DNA of 63,250 bases, the filler included, from Welwitschia mirabilis (Eukaryota): the NCBI GenBank assembly GCA_051453625.1. It is 5 parts of one record of this genome, joined end to end, with 100 filler letters (N's around TTAATTAATTAA, not from the genome) between each part and the next. Parts side by side here need not be neighbours in the genome. Positions count along the whole stretch, not along the records: positions 31,043 to 56,054 come from JBOZIK010000001.1; 4 more parts are not named here. One strand, given 5' to 3'. Each line of letters opens with the position of its first letter. The stretch's first letter is position 1. Position numbers and translations under genes: made by a program. Below are positions 40,906 through 53,054 of the stretch, piece after piece. The notes beneath the pieces were generated by a model that was not told the DNA's origin, made no database searches, and saw only the letters and a program-made list of their open reading frames with translations.

Positions 40906-42513
40906 TATTAGTTTATTTATTACTTTGATTACCCCTCAGATGTATTCACATATGAGGAGATTGCTTCTTAGCGTCCCCATGAGTCATCTTAGTGGTCATC
41001 TAGGAAATGACATATGCCTCCATCCNNNNNNTTCTCTTCACGTATAATTTAGACATCCATTACTAGGGATAGTGATGATAACCATAATGATGAAGGAGAT
41101 GACACATGATATACTAGTGGCTCAACTCTTAGTGATTAGCTTCTTATTGTATGTTGTTCAAAAAAGGGGGAGAAGATAGGCAAATTATATTATACATTTT
41201 ATATGAACTTAGAGGATATGATCTTAAAATAGATGAATTAGACTCCCTCTGAGTGACTTCATTATTGATGATTCCTTTTTAATTATTGTCACACATCTCA
41301 CATTATCTATTATTATTTTTACTATTGTTGGCATATATTTCATGTTTTGATATTATATATTATTATTGTTACTATTATTAGTGCACTATTGTTAACTTTA
41401 CTATTAGCACACATCACACTTTTAGTTATTGACTATTGTTATTTTTCTTATATGCAATTACTTAATGCTTATGTTCTTTTCTTTTTATGTTTCATTCATA
41501 CATTATAATCTCTCTAGGATTAAGATATCTAAATTTATTTAATAAAATATAATTACACTAATGAGACTTATCAAGTTTTGCACATCATTAAAAAGGGAAG
41601 ATTGTTAGTAAAATTCTAGTTTTGATGATTCTAATTCTTTAATGTGTTATGCCATTATGTAAATAGATTAAATTCGAGAACATCAAATCATGAAAAGTAT
41701 TAATTCAAGTCAAAACTTTATGCTAAATTATACATTATAAAAGACATCTACACCTTTAAAGATGTTTATGAAAAAGATGCCTATAATTTAAAGACATCTA
41801 TAAAAAAGACATATGCTACATCCAACATATCTAAGCTAAACCAAACTTCATTATAGAGAAAAACATCTATTCTCACACATACATTTATAATAAAGTAAGG
41901 ACATACTACACATAAAAAAATGTCTATCACATTAAAGACATCTATGATGCTTTGACTATTGAAAGACATTTACATAGCTGAGGACATCTATACTAAGCTA
42001 GAAAACATAATAGATATAGACTATATTTTGATGAATTATCTACATCTTATGGAATTAATCAGGTTTTACATCTTAGATTCATGATTACTAAGGGATAGAG
42101 AAATTATAGTTTAATTTTTATTAGAATCTAGGTAGTTTAACCTGAGAAGTCTCTCATGTTAAAGATGTATCCCTAACAAGAGATGTTTACCATCTTGAAG
42201 ACATTTTTCCTAAAATTTTATTGAAAATGACATAGCTTTAATGTACTTAACAATTAGTTATTTCTATTTGTTATATGGTAGTAAAACATTTCAAATGGTT
42301 ATATCTTTAAGGCAACAACTAGAATGACATTAAAAAGTATAAAAATATAGAAGAAAAAGATAAACATTTAAATGATGCAAGGGTATTTAAAACTATACAT
42401 AAATCTATTAAGTTATCTTTTACAAGGTATTATTTAATGAATACATCATTTGATCATTGACTCTTACAAAGCTGCATCACTCTAATCTTTAGCTCTTATG
42501 GTGATGATGACAA
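40906..42513 (+). mobile_element. Sirevirus-like Ty1/Copia 3' region, multiple PPTs and 3' LTR (from 41603)
   Basis: Upstream PPT AAAAAAGGGGGAGAAG (~41160) and terminal CATCATTAAAAAGGGAAGAT|TGTTAG...GTTTTGATGAT. The LTR has AAGACATCTA repeats. Colinear with 43981-45490. Confidence 0.7.
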
Positions 42514-43980
42514 NNNNNNNNNNNNNNNNNNNNNNNNNNNNNNNNNNNNNNNNNNNNNNNNNNNNNNNNNNNNNNNNNNNNNNNNNNNNNNNNNNNNNNN
42601 NNNNNNNNNNNNNAATTATTTTTATTATAATAATTACATGATGAGAATTATTATTTATTATTAAGATATTAATGTACCAGTGGCCTAGAAAGGAATTGAA
42701 TAAGGCGATTATGAAATTCCTACTGCTTTCACAACATTTACCATCCCCCTTTATAAATGTGTCTCTTCATCTTCTTATGTTCTTTTACATTTTACATGCT
42801 CAACTATAAATAGGGCCCTATTCTCCTCTTATTTTGTATCTTGAGGAGCCTTCACTACCAAACCTTGGAGCTTGTATAAGCCTTAGAACCTTAAAGCCTT
42901 GGAATCTTTAGGATTTCTTGAGTCTTCATTTAAATTCAAGTATGATTTTATGGTTTTCATTTCATTCTTGTATGTTTTTATGATTTTCATTTTATTCTTG
43001 TATGGTTCTTGATCTTCCATTCATTTTCTTGCATGGTCCCTCTCATTTACATCTCAATTTATCTATACTTTTAAATGGTTATGATATTTATGTAATTATT
43101 GTAAATTTTTTCTTGCATATCGATGAAGTTTGCATTTTGAGTACATATACCTCATGTTAATATTGCAACCCTTTCGATCTTATCTAAGTCTTATGATAAA
43201 TTGTTAACTTGAGTTATTTGATTATTGACCTTGATAGATGATTTTTAAATAAGACAACTAAAACTAGCCATAGTAACTAATTGTTCATACTTCAAGAAGT
43301 GATACTTCTAAAGGAAGTCCCAAGGTTGTGGGACTAAACTTTCAAGATGAATAGGAAAAATGTAACCAAATTACCATTTGTTCCTTGTATATTGTGTGCA
43401 TTTGGATTACTGAAATCTATTATGAAGTAATAATAAAAGAAGTTAAATTGAAAATGGAGCCTTTATCTTTCTTGATTATCCTTGCTATTCCTTTCTTTTG
43501 AAAACCATATTCTTAACTATCCCTTGCCTTGGGTCATATTAGAAATTGTGATGATTTTATAATTCTTATACCATATTATATGTACATGTTTAGATATTGG
43601 CATGGATTCTAATCATTGAAAAAGAAGTACTTGTTGTTAATGGCTTAGGATACTTTTACTACTGATTTCACACTTTATGTCCTTGTAGTTGTAACATGTA
43701 CAAAAGTACTATTATTGTAAACTTTCCTATGAATTTTATGTAAAAATTGTAATTCTCCTATTAGTCTATGAAATTATTTAAAATTTGACTTATTCTTCAT
43801 CATGTTATTATCATGCTATAATTGTCTTCTTATAATCACATTTTGGTATTAGATCAAAATTTTATTTAAAACATGATAAAATTTTAATTTTTGTATTAGT
43901 TCATCATCATGATGAGAAATGTTGAAAACATCACATTAAGTAATATTCATAGTTTTAGCTTAAAAAATTAGGATGTTACA

Positions 43981-45900
43981 TCTAGAAAGTGGTACACACC
44001 TCCACCACATCTTTCTTTTCATACATCAGTCATACATCCACCACCTAGGATAGTAATAATGATAGTGATAATAAAGGAGAAAGAACATGTTATACTAACT
44101 CAATGATTAGCTCCTTTTGTGTGATGTCTAAACAGGAGAAGAAGATAAAGCAAATCAACTTAGACATCTTATATGAATCTGGAAGATATGATACTAAGAT
44201 AGATGGATTGGAATTCTTGTGAGTGATGTCACTATTAATGATTACTTTATGTTGTTAACACACATTTCATGCTTTGATATTATCTATTATTATTCTTACT
44301 ATGTTAGCATACATTACATTATTTATTATTATTTTTATTATTATTGGCATAAATCACATAATTAGTTATTGACTGTTGTTATTTTTCTCTTAAATGCAAT
44401 TACTTAATGCTTCCATGATTATGTGTGTGGTTAATCAATATTTTCAAACCTATTAAAATTTGTATTATGTATTAAGAAATACATTATGTTCTTACTTGGA
44501 TTAAATTATCTCAATTCAATTAATATAATATGATTACACTAATGAGATTTGCCAAGTGTTAGACATCATCAAAAAAGAGGAGACTATTGGTAAAAATATT
44601 GTTTTATGGATTTTACTTGTTAAATGTATTATGTTATTATGTAGACAGGTCAAATTAGAGAACATAAAATCATGAACAGCATCAATCTAAGTCAAACCTC
44701 AAAGTTCATAGTAAACAAAATGTTTAGCTCAGATTTCATAAATGCCAAGTTACAACTGATCGAAGACATCTACACATTTGAAATTATCTATGAAAAAGAT
44801 GTTTACAACATTAAAAACATATATTATAAACTAGATTTCAATCACTGAGAAATATGTCTATCCCAATAAAGACATCTATACTAAAGAAAGGACTTGACAT
44901 AGGTGAAGGACATCTACGTTGCATAGATTATTGGAAGACATCTACATAGTTAAAGATATATATGCTAAAATAGATGAGGTAATAGAGACAAAATGTATTT
45001 TGATGAATTATATATATCTCAGAAAATAAATTAGGTTTTATATCTTAGATTCATGATTACTAAAAATTAGAGAAACTATAGTTCAATTTTTATTAGAATC
45101 TAGTAGTTTGACCAAAGACTTCTCTAATGTTGAAGATGTCTACTGATATGAGATATTTACCATCTTAAAGACATTTATTTCAAAAGTTTTTAAAAAATAA
45201 AATACTCATTAAACATCCAATGCTCAGCCATTTCCATTCATTATATAATGGTTACATGTTTATAAACATTTATCTCTCTAGGGCAATAGCTAAAAAAACA
45301 TCATAGGTATAAAGGACACAAGAGAGAAGAAAAAGGCATGCATGCATGAATGCAAAAATGCATAGTTGTTTGGTACTATATATAAATCTTTTAATCTATA
45401 TGTTTTAATGGACTATTTGATGAATACATCATTTGATCATAAGCTTTTAGAAAGATGCATTAGTTTAATCTTTGACACTTGTGGGTGACAACAACTATGA
45501 AAGAACTTAAGTTTTTCATCAAAGACATATATTTTTAGGCTTATTGTTTTATTGTTATCATTATTTAGTGGAATAAAATTATAGGACTATCATATTCTTG
45601 AATACTTTCATTATATTTTATTCCTTATTCTCTACTATAGAATCCCTTTCTAGGATTTCTATATTTTAAGGCAACCCTTGGATCGGTGTGCTTTTATAAT
45701 AACTTGTAAGCATAATTTTATTTTTGGTCTAATGAATATCCCTAAGAAGAATCTATTGCTACCTTGAGATGAATATATTTATTATATATAAGATTGGTGA
45801 TGCTCCAAAACCACTCTTTTATAAGTTAAGAATATCTAGAGGCATGAGAGGAAGGTATCCTATATGTGTGAATGTACCTAGCTTAGCCTCTAAGCTCAAT
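43981..45900 (+). mobile_element. Second Sirevirus-like 3' region and LTR (from 44585)
   Basis: CATCATCAAAAAAGAGGAGAC|TATTGG. Colinear with 41000-42513. 3' end approximate. Confidence 0.68.
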
Positions 45901-45917
45901 AATCCTCATAAAAAAAT

Positions 45918-46250
45918 GGATCTTACTCCTATCCATTATTTTAGATGATCCATTCAAGTTACAATATAAAAAAGGTAAAGAAAGAAATTATCATAATAGA
46001 GAGATATAGTTACACTGAAAGAAAATTAAGATCACAAATTAAGTAATCTATATAAACCCAAAAGATAATATAAGAAAATAAGATAGTATAGTAACAAGTA
46101 GAGGGATCTTACTCTAATCCATAATCTTAAGTGATTTATCTAAGTTATCATGGAAAAGTAGTAAAGATATAAAATATTATGATGATGAGATATGGTTACA
46201 ATAAAAGGGAATAAAGGATACAAATTAAGTGATCTATTTAAATTACAAAG
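45918..46250. repeat. Two diverged tandem units, 186-bp period
   Basis: GGATCTTACTC...TCCAT at 45918 and 46104, with shared GAGATAT.GTTACA and ACAAATTAAGT.ATCTAT further in. Confidence 0.75.
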
Positions 46251-47611
46251 TATAAAAACAAGGAAATCCCCCTAACTACTAAGAACTTATGTGCATGAGA
46301 AATAAAGAAAAGGTGCTTTATTTAAATTTTTTAATCTGAGTGAGGTATATTTTAACACAAGACCTAAATTGATTAATACATTATGAATATGCTAAAGGTA
46401 ATTAATTATATAATCTATTCTTAAATATAGGTAATGATAGCATCCTTTATAATGATACACTTATCTTCAAAGGGAGTCAAAAGACAAAATGTAAATCACA
46501 TTGGTAGAGCTTCCAAGTCATTAGCTAGCTTTGTTTATCTTAGTTATATAATTTACTTAATGGAGAGTACCATGCAATGTTGGCAACTAATGTATACTCT
46601 AGACTTAGTAAATTTTAAATTTATTAAACTTGTGTCCCTTGGTGATGAAATCCAAGTAAACCATATTACTTTTTTCTAGACTTCACTTAATATACCCTCA
46701 ACTTCTAAGACATACATGAAAATATAGACCTCAAGGAATTCAAGATATTTTATTTTAAGAGAGACACAATTCTTCATATGGTCTAACATTTATAGTTATA
46801 GTAGTTAATACTGTATAATAAGCTTCAGAAATGATCTAAATCCTGACATGAATCTCTATCTATGTAAGGCTCCTCATGGCCATCATCAACCAAAAAATAA
46901 ATCACCAATAAAAACATTAAGAATTTAAGGGAAAAAGGTAATTTTTCTTTTTATTACTTAACTTAAGCAAGACTTAATAAATTATTAAGCATGAAAGAAG
47001 AGATAAAAAGTAAAAAAATACATTAAAAAAAGCACTTGATTATTGTATAATTAAGCTAAGCAGATTTTTCTCATCATCCAAGTTAGCTTTATCTATCCAA
47101 ATCACAAAAAATATGTCAAAGTTAAAGAAAACACAAGACAAGGGATCTTTTTCCACATCCTAACTTAACTTGATAAGAGATGTTTTGCCTTACAAAACCA
47201 AAAAATGTCAAAAATCTCAAGAAAAACTCAAAAAGAAAGAAAACAAGAGCTTAAAAATTAAGGAAAAGAACTTAAAGAAATAAAATCAAGGGATATTTTT
47301 AAGATTACAATTTGATTTGATGATAAAAAGTGTGTCTTTGATTTACAAGATTGAAAAATGCCTCAAAAAATATAAAAGAGCTCAAAATGCTAAAAAAAGA
47401 AAGAAATGCATAAATATGTGCATGTGTACAAAATAAAGCCAAAATCTAGACAATTACTAACTAAAGTACATGTGCATAAAACTAAGAAATGTCCAAAAAA
47501 TGGCTCAATAANNNNNNNNNNNNNNNNNNNNNNNNNNNNNNNNNNNNNNNNNNNNNNNNNNNNNNNNNNNNNNNNNNNNNNNNNNNNNNNNNNNNNNNNN
47601 NNNNNNNNNNN

Positions 47612-48348
47612 ATTTTCAACAAGACCATCGTATTCTTCTTACATGGCTTTTATCCAATGACCATGTTCAATAGCATTTTCAGATGAGGTTGGTTCACCAT
47701 CAAAAGTCAAGTGGAGCTCGTCATCATCATCATCATGAGATGTATGCAAGCCATGTCTAGTTCTAGTTTTACCCTTCTCATCATCAATAACATCTTGGAG
47801 AGTAGATTGAAACCAAGTACTTAGATGTTGTTTACTGAATTGCTACTAGAGCCATGATTAAGTGTGCTAAGAGCACCAAATTGCTCAATTCCTATAGGTT
47901 GCAAAGTAGTCATATCAGTAAAAGGAACTGAAGCATAATTGGTGGCTACATCTTCCCCCTCAAACGTAGGGCATTGAGCATCCAATATGGTCATTGGGTT
48001 AGAGGAAGGATGAAGCTTTGAAGGATTAAGTCGAGAATCATTGTTCAAAGTCTCTGAAAAGATGATGTCATGAGAAATAATGCTCTTACGATGCTTTGGA
48101 AGATACACTCGATAAAGCTTCTGGTCAGTTGGATATCCCAGAAAGATGCCTATGCGAGCTTGTGCTCCAAATTCGTCATGATGTTCACATGGCATATGTA
48201 TGTAGCACTTGCAACCAAAAAGACAAAAAAGATGCAACTTTGGCTTGTACCCATACCACTTTTCAGTTGGAAATACTCCCTTTTTAGTATATCGAGCAAT
48301 ATGATTAATTAGATATACTGCTGTATTCACTGCTTCACCCCAAAGATA
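47612..48348 (-). pseudogene. Ty1/Copia fragment: integrase C-terminus/SH3-like region, linker and start of RT
   Basis: LWGEAVNTAVYLIN...PTEKWYGYKPKLHLFCLFGCKCYIH...GIFLGY...YRVY, then EPTSSENAIEHGHWIKAM*EEYDGLVEN. Confidence 0.92.
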
Positions 48349-51300
48349 GAAAAAAAAAAAAAAAAAAAAAAAACTAGCAAAAAAATGTTAAAAACGTTAT
48401 TAATGCCTAGATTTAAACCTATGACTTATAACTTAGTTGGGAAATATATTTGTCACTACATCAACATATTACTTATGTTTAAAAAGGATACTATAAGCAT
48501 AACAAAAATAGCATGTAAGATGGCTAGCATTGTAGTAGAAAATTACAAATGTAAAAAGCATGTTAAAGTTCACTAAAAATGCATGGAAGTGAAGATGACT
48601 CATAGCGAAATTATCTATAAATTAATTAGCAAATATAGCAGTGAAGGTAGTAAATATGACACTGTGATTAATAAGAGACATTATATGATCATTCAATGTG
48701 ATAAACAATGCCTTTCTCTCTTAACGAGGTAAAGATAATGATACAGGTATACACAAGCTTTATGATGCAGTGTAGAAGATAGTAGCAGAAAAGTAGAAAG
48801 AAAGAACATGGGCTTTAAAGGATATGAAGTTTTCCAACTCTACAAGACATAGCATTCTAGGGCTACACACTAAATAATAAGATGAGTCATAGCTTATTTA
48901 GTTATATGTACTTGTATTCTTCTTATTCCCTTTCCACATCTCTTATGACCATAAATCTATACTTTGCTTCAAAGCTCCTATGAGGGAAAAGATCACATTA
49001 AAAAAACTATATTCCAAAAATAGAATTAAAGGATCTATTATTTTTCTAAATTTATATGCCATTAAAAAAAAGAATATCAACACAAATTTGAAAAGGACTA
49101 TTAACATTGATAAGAAAAATTAACAATAAAGTGAATTACAAATAGATGAAAATATGTAATAGAAGGTTATTGGAGGATAACAAGATAAACGAGGACAGTA
49201 AATTGGAGTTAATATTTCCTTCCCTATATAAAAAAAATTTTAGCAAAAGAAAAAAATCCCCTTAAAAATATATATTTNNNNNNNNNNNNNNNNNNNNNNN
49301 NNNNNNNNNNNNNNNNNNNNNNNNNNNNNNNNNNNNNNNNNNNNNNNNNNNNNNNNNNNNNNNNNNNNNNNNNNNNNNNNNNNNNNNNNNNNNNNNNNNN
49401 NNNNNNNNNNNNNNNNNNNNNNNNNNNNNNNNNNNNNNNNNNNNNNNNNNNNNNNNNNNNNNNNNNNNNNNNNNNNNNNNNNNNNNNNNNNNNNNNNNNN
49501 NNNNNNNNNNNNNNNNNNNNNNNNNNNNNNNNNNNNNNNNNNNNNNNNNNNNNNNNNNNNNNNNNNNNNNNNNNNNNNNNNNNNNNNNNNNNNNNNNNNN
49601 NNNNNNNNNNNNNNNNNNNNNNNNNNNNNNNNNNNNNNNNNNNNNNNNNNNNNNNNNNNNNNNNNNNNNNNNNNNNNNNNNNNNNNNNNNNNNNNNNNNN
49701 NNNNNNNNNNNNNNNNNNNNNNNNNNNNNNNNNNNNNNNNNNNNNNNNNNNNNNNNNNNNNNNNNNNNNNNNNNNNNNNNNNNNNNNNNNNNNNNNNNNN
49801 NNNNNNNNNNNNNNNNNNNNNNNNNNNNNNNNNNNNNNNNNNNNNNNNNNNNNNNNNNNNNNNNNNNNNNNNNNNNNNNNNNNNNNNNNNNNNNNNNNNN
49901 NNNNNNNNNNNNNNNNNNNNNNNNNNNNNNNNNNNNNNNNNNNNNNNNNNNNNNNNNNNNNNNNNNNNNNNNNNNNNNNNNNNNNNNNNNNNNNNNNNGT
50001 TTCTTAAAAATATTTAAAGAAAAACAAGTTCTTATCCTTTAAAAATAATTTTTATATTTTGTAAAAAATACTTTAAATAAAGCCAAAGGAATAGTAAAGA
50101 CAAAAGAGGAGGAAAAAAAAATCTAAGAGAAAGAAAGGAAGGAATAAAAGAGAAGCTTAGGAAGCCATTTAAAAGTATGAGAAAAGCTTCCATATACTAA
50201 AGGTTAAATTAAAGAAATCATAAGAAGATCTAAAGCTCAAGGGTGGCTAAAGAGAGCTCCACAACATCTCCTCCAAAGCTTTAATACAACTTGTTGGAAA
50301 ATAGATAAGTAAGAATCACAAGTGAAAAATTCCCAAATAACATATTTATTTCTTCTTGTTACTCCTTTATTCCTTCATATTACTTATTATAATCAAGAGT
50401 TTACTTTTAAAGGCAAGTATACCATTAGGGTTTCACAAGGGTTTACAATTTCCATTAGGTGTAGGATCATAATGCATATACAAACTTCAGCATTTGCAAT
50501 CACCAAATCACATCTCAAAAGAGGGATATACATGTTTAAGATAAACATAATAAGAATCATTTATNNNNNNNNNNTTTTAGTATCACATGCTACATATTAC
50601 ATTTTATACCTATTAATTATATTTTGGTAATAATACTTTACTAGTATTTTATTTGATATACTTTTACATATATTTTTACATAGAGTAATAATATATTAGA
50701 AATAAATCCTTAATCTAGTAGTCTTACTTATATTATCCCTCTTTGAAAATGGTATTTTTACCTCTCTATGGTTATGTCACTATCTTATCTTATGCTTTCT
50801 TATAAATAATAATTAAGACATATCTATCCCAAAATCTTTTTATCATACCTTGCTAAACTTTTAAAAGTTCCACTTTGTTATTTGTATATTTACTTTACAT
50901 TTATACATTATTTTATCAATAATCTAGGAATAGCCAAACATAAGAAAATAAACTAATAAACTAGTATAACAATTTGGATATAAGTAGTCTAGGCTAGAGA
51001 TAATACATTTAAAGACCACATTACTATAAATAAATGAATATTAGAAGAAAGAAGAATGAAAAAAGTATGGATTAAAGTACTAATTAAAGATATGAAAATA
51101 TGTGAAGACATATTAAATCCAACCTTAAATAAAAATTAAAGAATTTAAAACTAATTTCTTATAGATGAAATTAAAGTAAGAGGAGGATTCGATGTCAAAA
51201 ATGTGAATTAGAAGATGTAGAAGTTAGTTCAAATTCTAATGCAAGCTATGTTTAAGGAAATAAAATAAACTAAAAGAGAATTTCTTAGAAGATAAAAAGG

Positions 51301-51771
51301 TTGTAGTTTCTATATTATTTTTATATATATTTCATCTATAGAAAATATTAGTATGAAAATTATTAAATCACATTAGTTATGATTATATTTTTTTTAATAT
51401 CTAAACTTGTTTTTTTGTGGATTCATAACACTGTTCCTTTTTCTATAAAAACTTATATACTGTAATAAAGAAAATACTTCCTATACTATTTGTTGGTTAT
51501 ATGTTCAATGAATCTTTTTAAATGTGATTTTGTTAATCTTCTATTAGGTAAAGAATTTAATTTACTTTTTTTCTTTTAAAACATAAGAATATTAATGATA
51601 AAATTATTTTAATAAAGAGACTTCATATTTTTTTAAATAGATGATTTGCAAGATAAATGAAATTATTGAAGATATCTTATAATGATAAATAAATTTTATT
51701 ATTTAATATAAAAAGTAAATTTTCTATTAAAGAATTTCTAAAATATGAAAAACATTAAATGATGATGGATC

Positions 51772-51775
<4 letters not shown>

Positions 51776-51803
<28 letters not shown>
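51776..51803. repeat. (TA)n microsatellite
   Basis: Perfect TA run. Confidence 0.9.
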
Positions 51804-51807
<4 letters not shown>

Positions 51808-52784
51808 TGTCATAACTATTTTACTAATTATCAAATAATGATAGTATCATATTTTCTTTAAGCTATATAAATTATTTGAATTCTTGCATGATAACATGTA
51901 TAGGATAAAAATTTATATTTACCAGGATCAAAAAGTAAAAATCAGAAATAGAAAAAACATATTAAATGATGAACTTAGAAAGATGAACTAAGGCATACTT
52001 TAAATATTATCTTATAAGGATATCATTTTCTTTTTACAAAACATATGAATTATTATATATTTTAATTTCCTCTCTTATGCCTTTCTTACCTATTATAGTT
52101 TCTATCATGCCTTATTTTCTTTTCTTTATTGAACTTGGGTCCATATTTATTTGGAAATTTATGTATTAATACTAGTAATAAGTGTTTATTAAATTACACT
52201 ATCCATTTAATAACTATAAATCAAAATAAACATAGATCTAGTGTTTTTAATTATAGTATTTAGGATATTAAGTAAATTAGGGTAATTTAACATTATGGAA
52301 ATGAAGCAAGTGAGATTAGTTTTATTATGTAATTTGTAATTATGTGCTAAATATGCTTAAAGTTATTTTAGGAATCCCTAGCATGGAACTAACTATTTAA
52401 TATATCAATATTTTTTTTTCATTTATGAAGATTCATGTAACTTAAAAGTTGTTTACATGAAATAAGTAATGTATTAACATAGCTAGATATTATAATATAC
52501 TAATCCATCTTTTCTTCATAGTTGAAATATTTTAATATTAATAAGAAATTAAGTAATAAGTATTTTATCATTATTTTCCTCTTGATTTTTTTGAAGTAAT
52601 ATCTCTCTTTATTAATTCACAAATGTATATGCATAGATTTATAAAAATGAGGGACAAAATGCACATAGTATAGATAAATTATTTGGAGATATTTTCCTAC
52701 AAATAAAAGGGATAAATATGTTCTAAAAAATAGATGAATAAACTATTCTAATACATAGGTAATCATGAGAGTACTAGAAAATAA

Positions 52785-53054
52785 TTAGAGCACTTTACAT
52801 TTTGGGAAAGTATTAAAGAAGTTATACCATGCCATTTTATAATCCAAATGAGATTTGTTAATCTCATTGAATTCTTCTACTCCTAAATGTTTCTTATCAT
52901 AGTGGAGAGTAACAGTTTTTAATCTAAAAGCTTGCTTAATTTCTAAAATAGGAGCTTTATGGATAATATCCAAAGGATGTAAAGGTTGGAATTTTATACT
53001 ATAGATAGAGGAAAAGAGAATTTCTTTACTAAAATCATCATTATTCATTTTCAA
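52785..53054 (-). pseudogene. Degenerate DnaJ/J-domain coding fragment
   Basis: PLDIIHKAPILEIKQAFRLKTVTLHYDKKHLGVEEFNEIN aligns in register with J-domain consensus [28 protein letters not shown]...EEFKEIN. HPD is altered to HYD. Confidence 0.65.

Noticed and set aside
42614..43980. Possible separate LTR (TATAAATAGG, ends GGATGTTACA)
   Set aside because: Its start is in a gap, and there is no second copy, PBS or TSD to confirm it.
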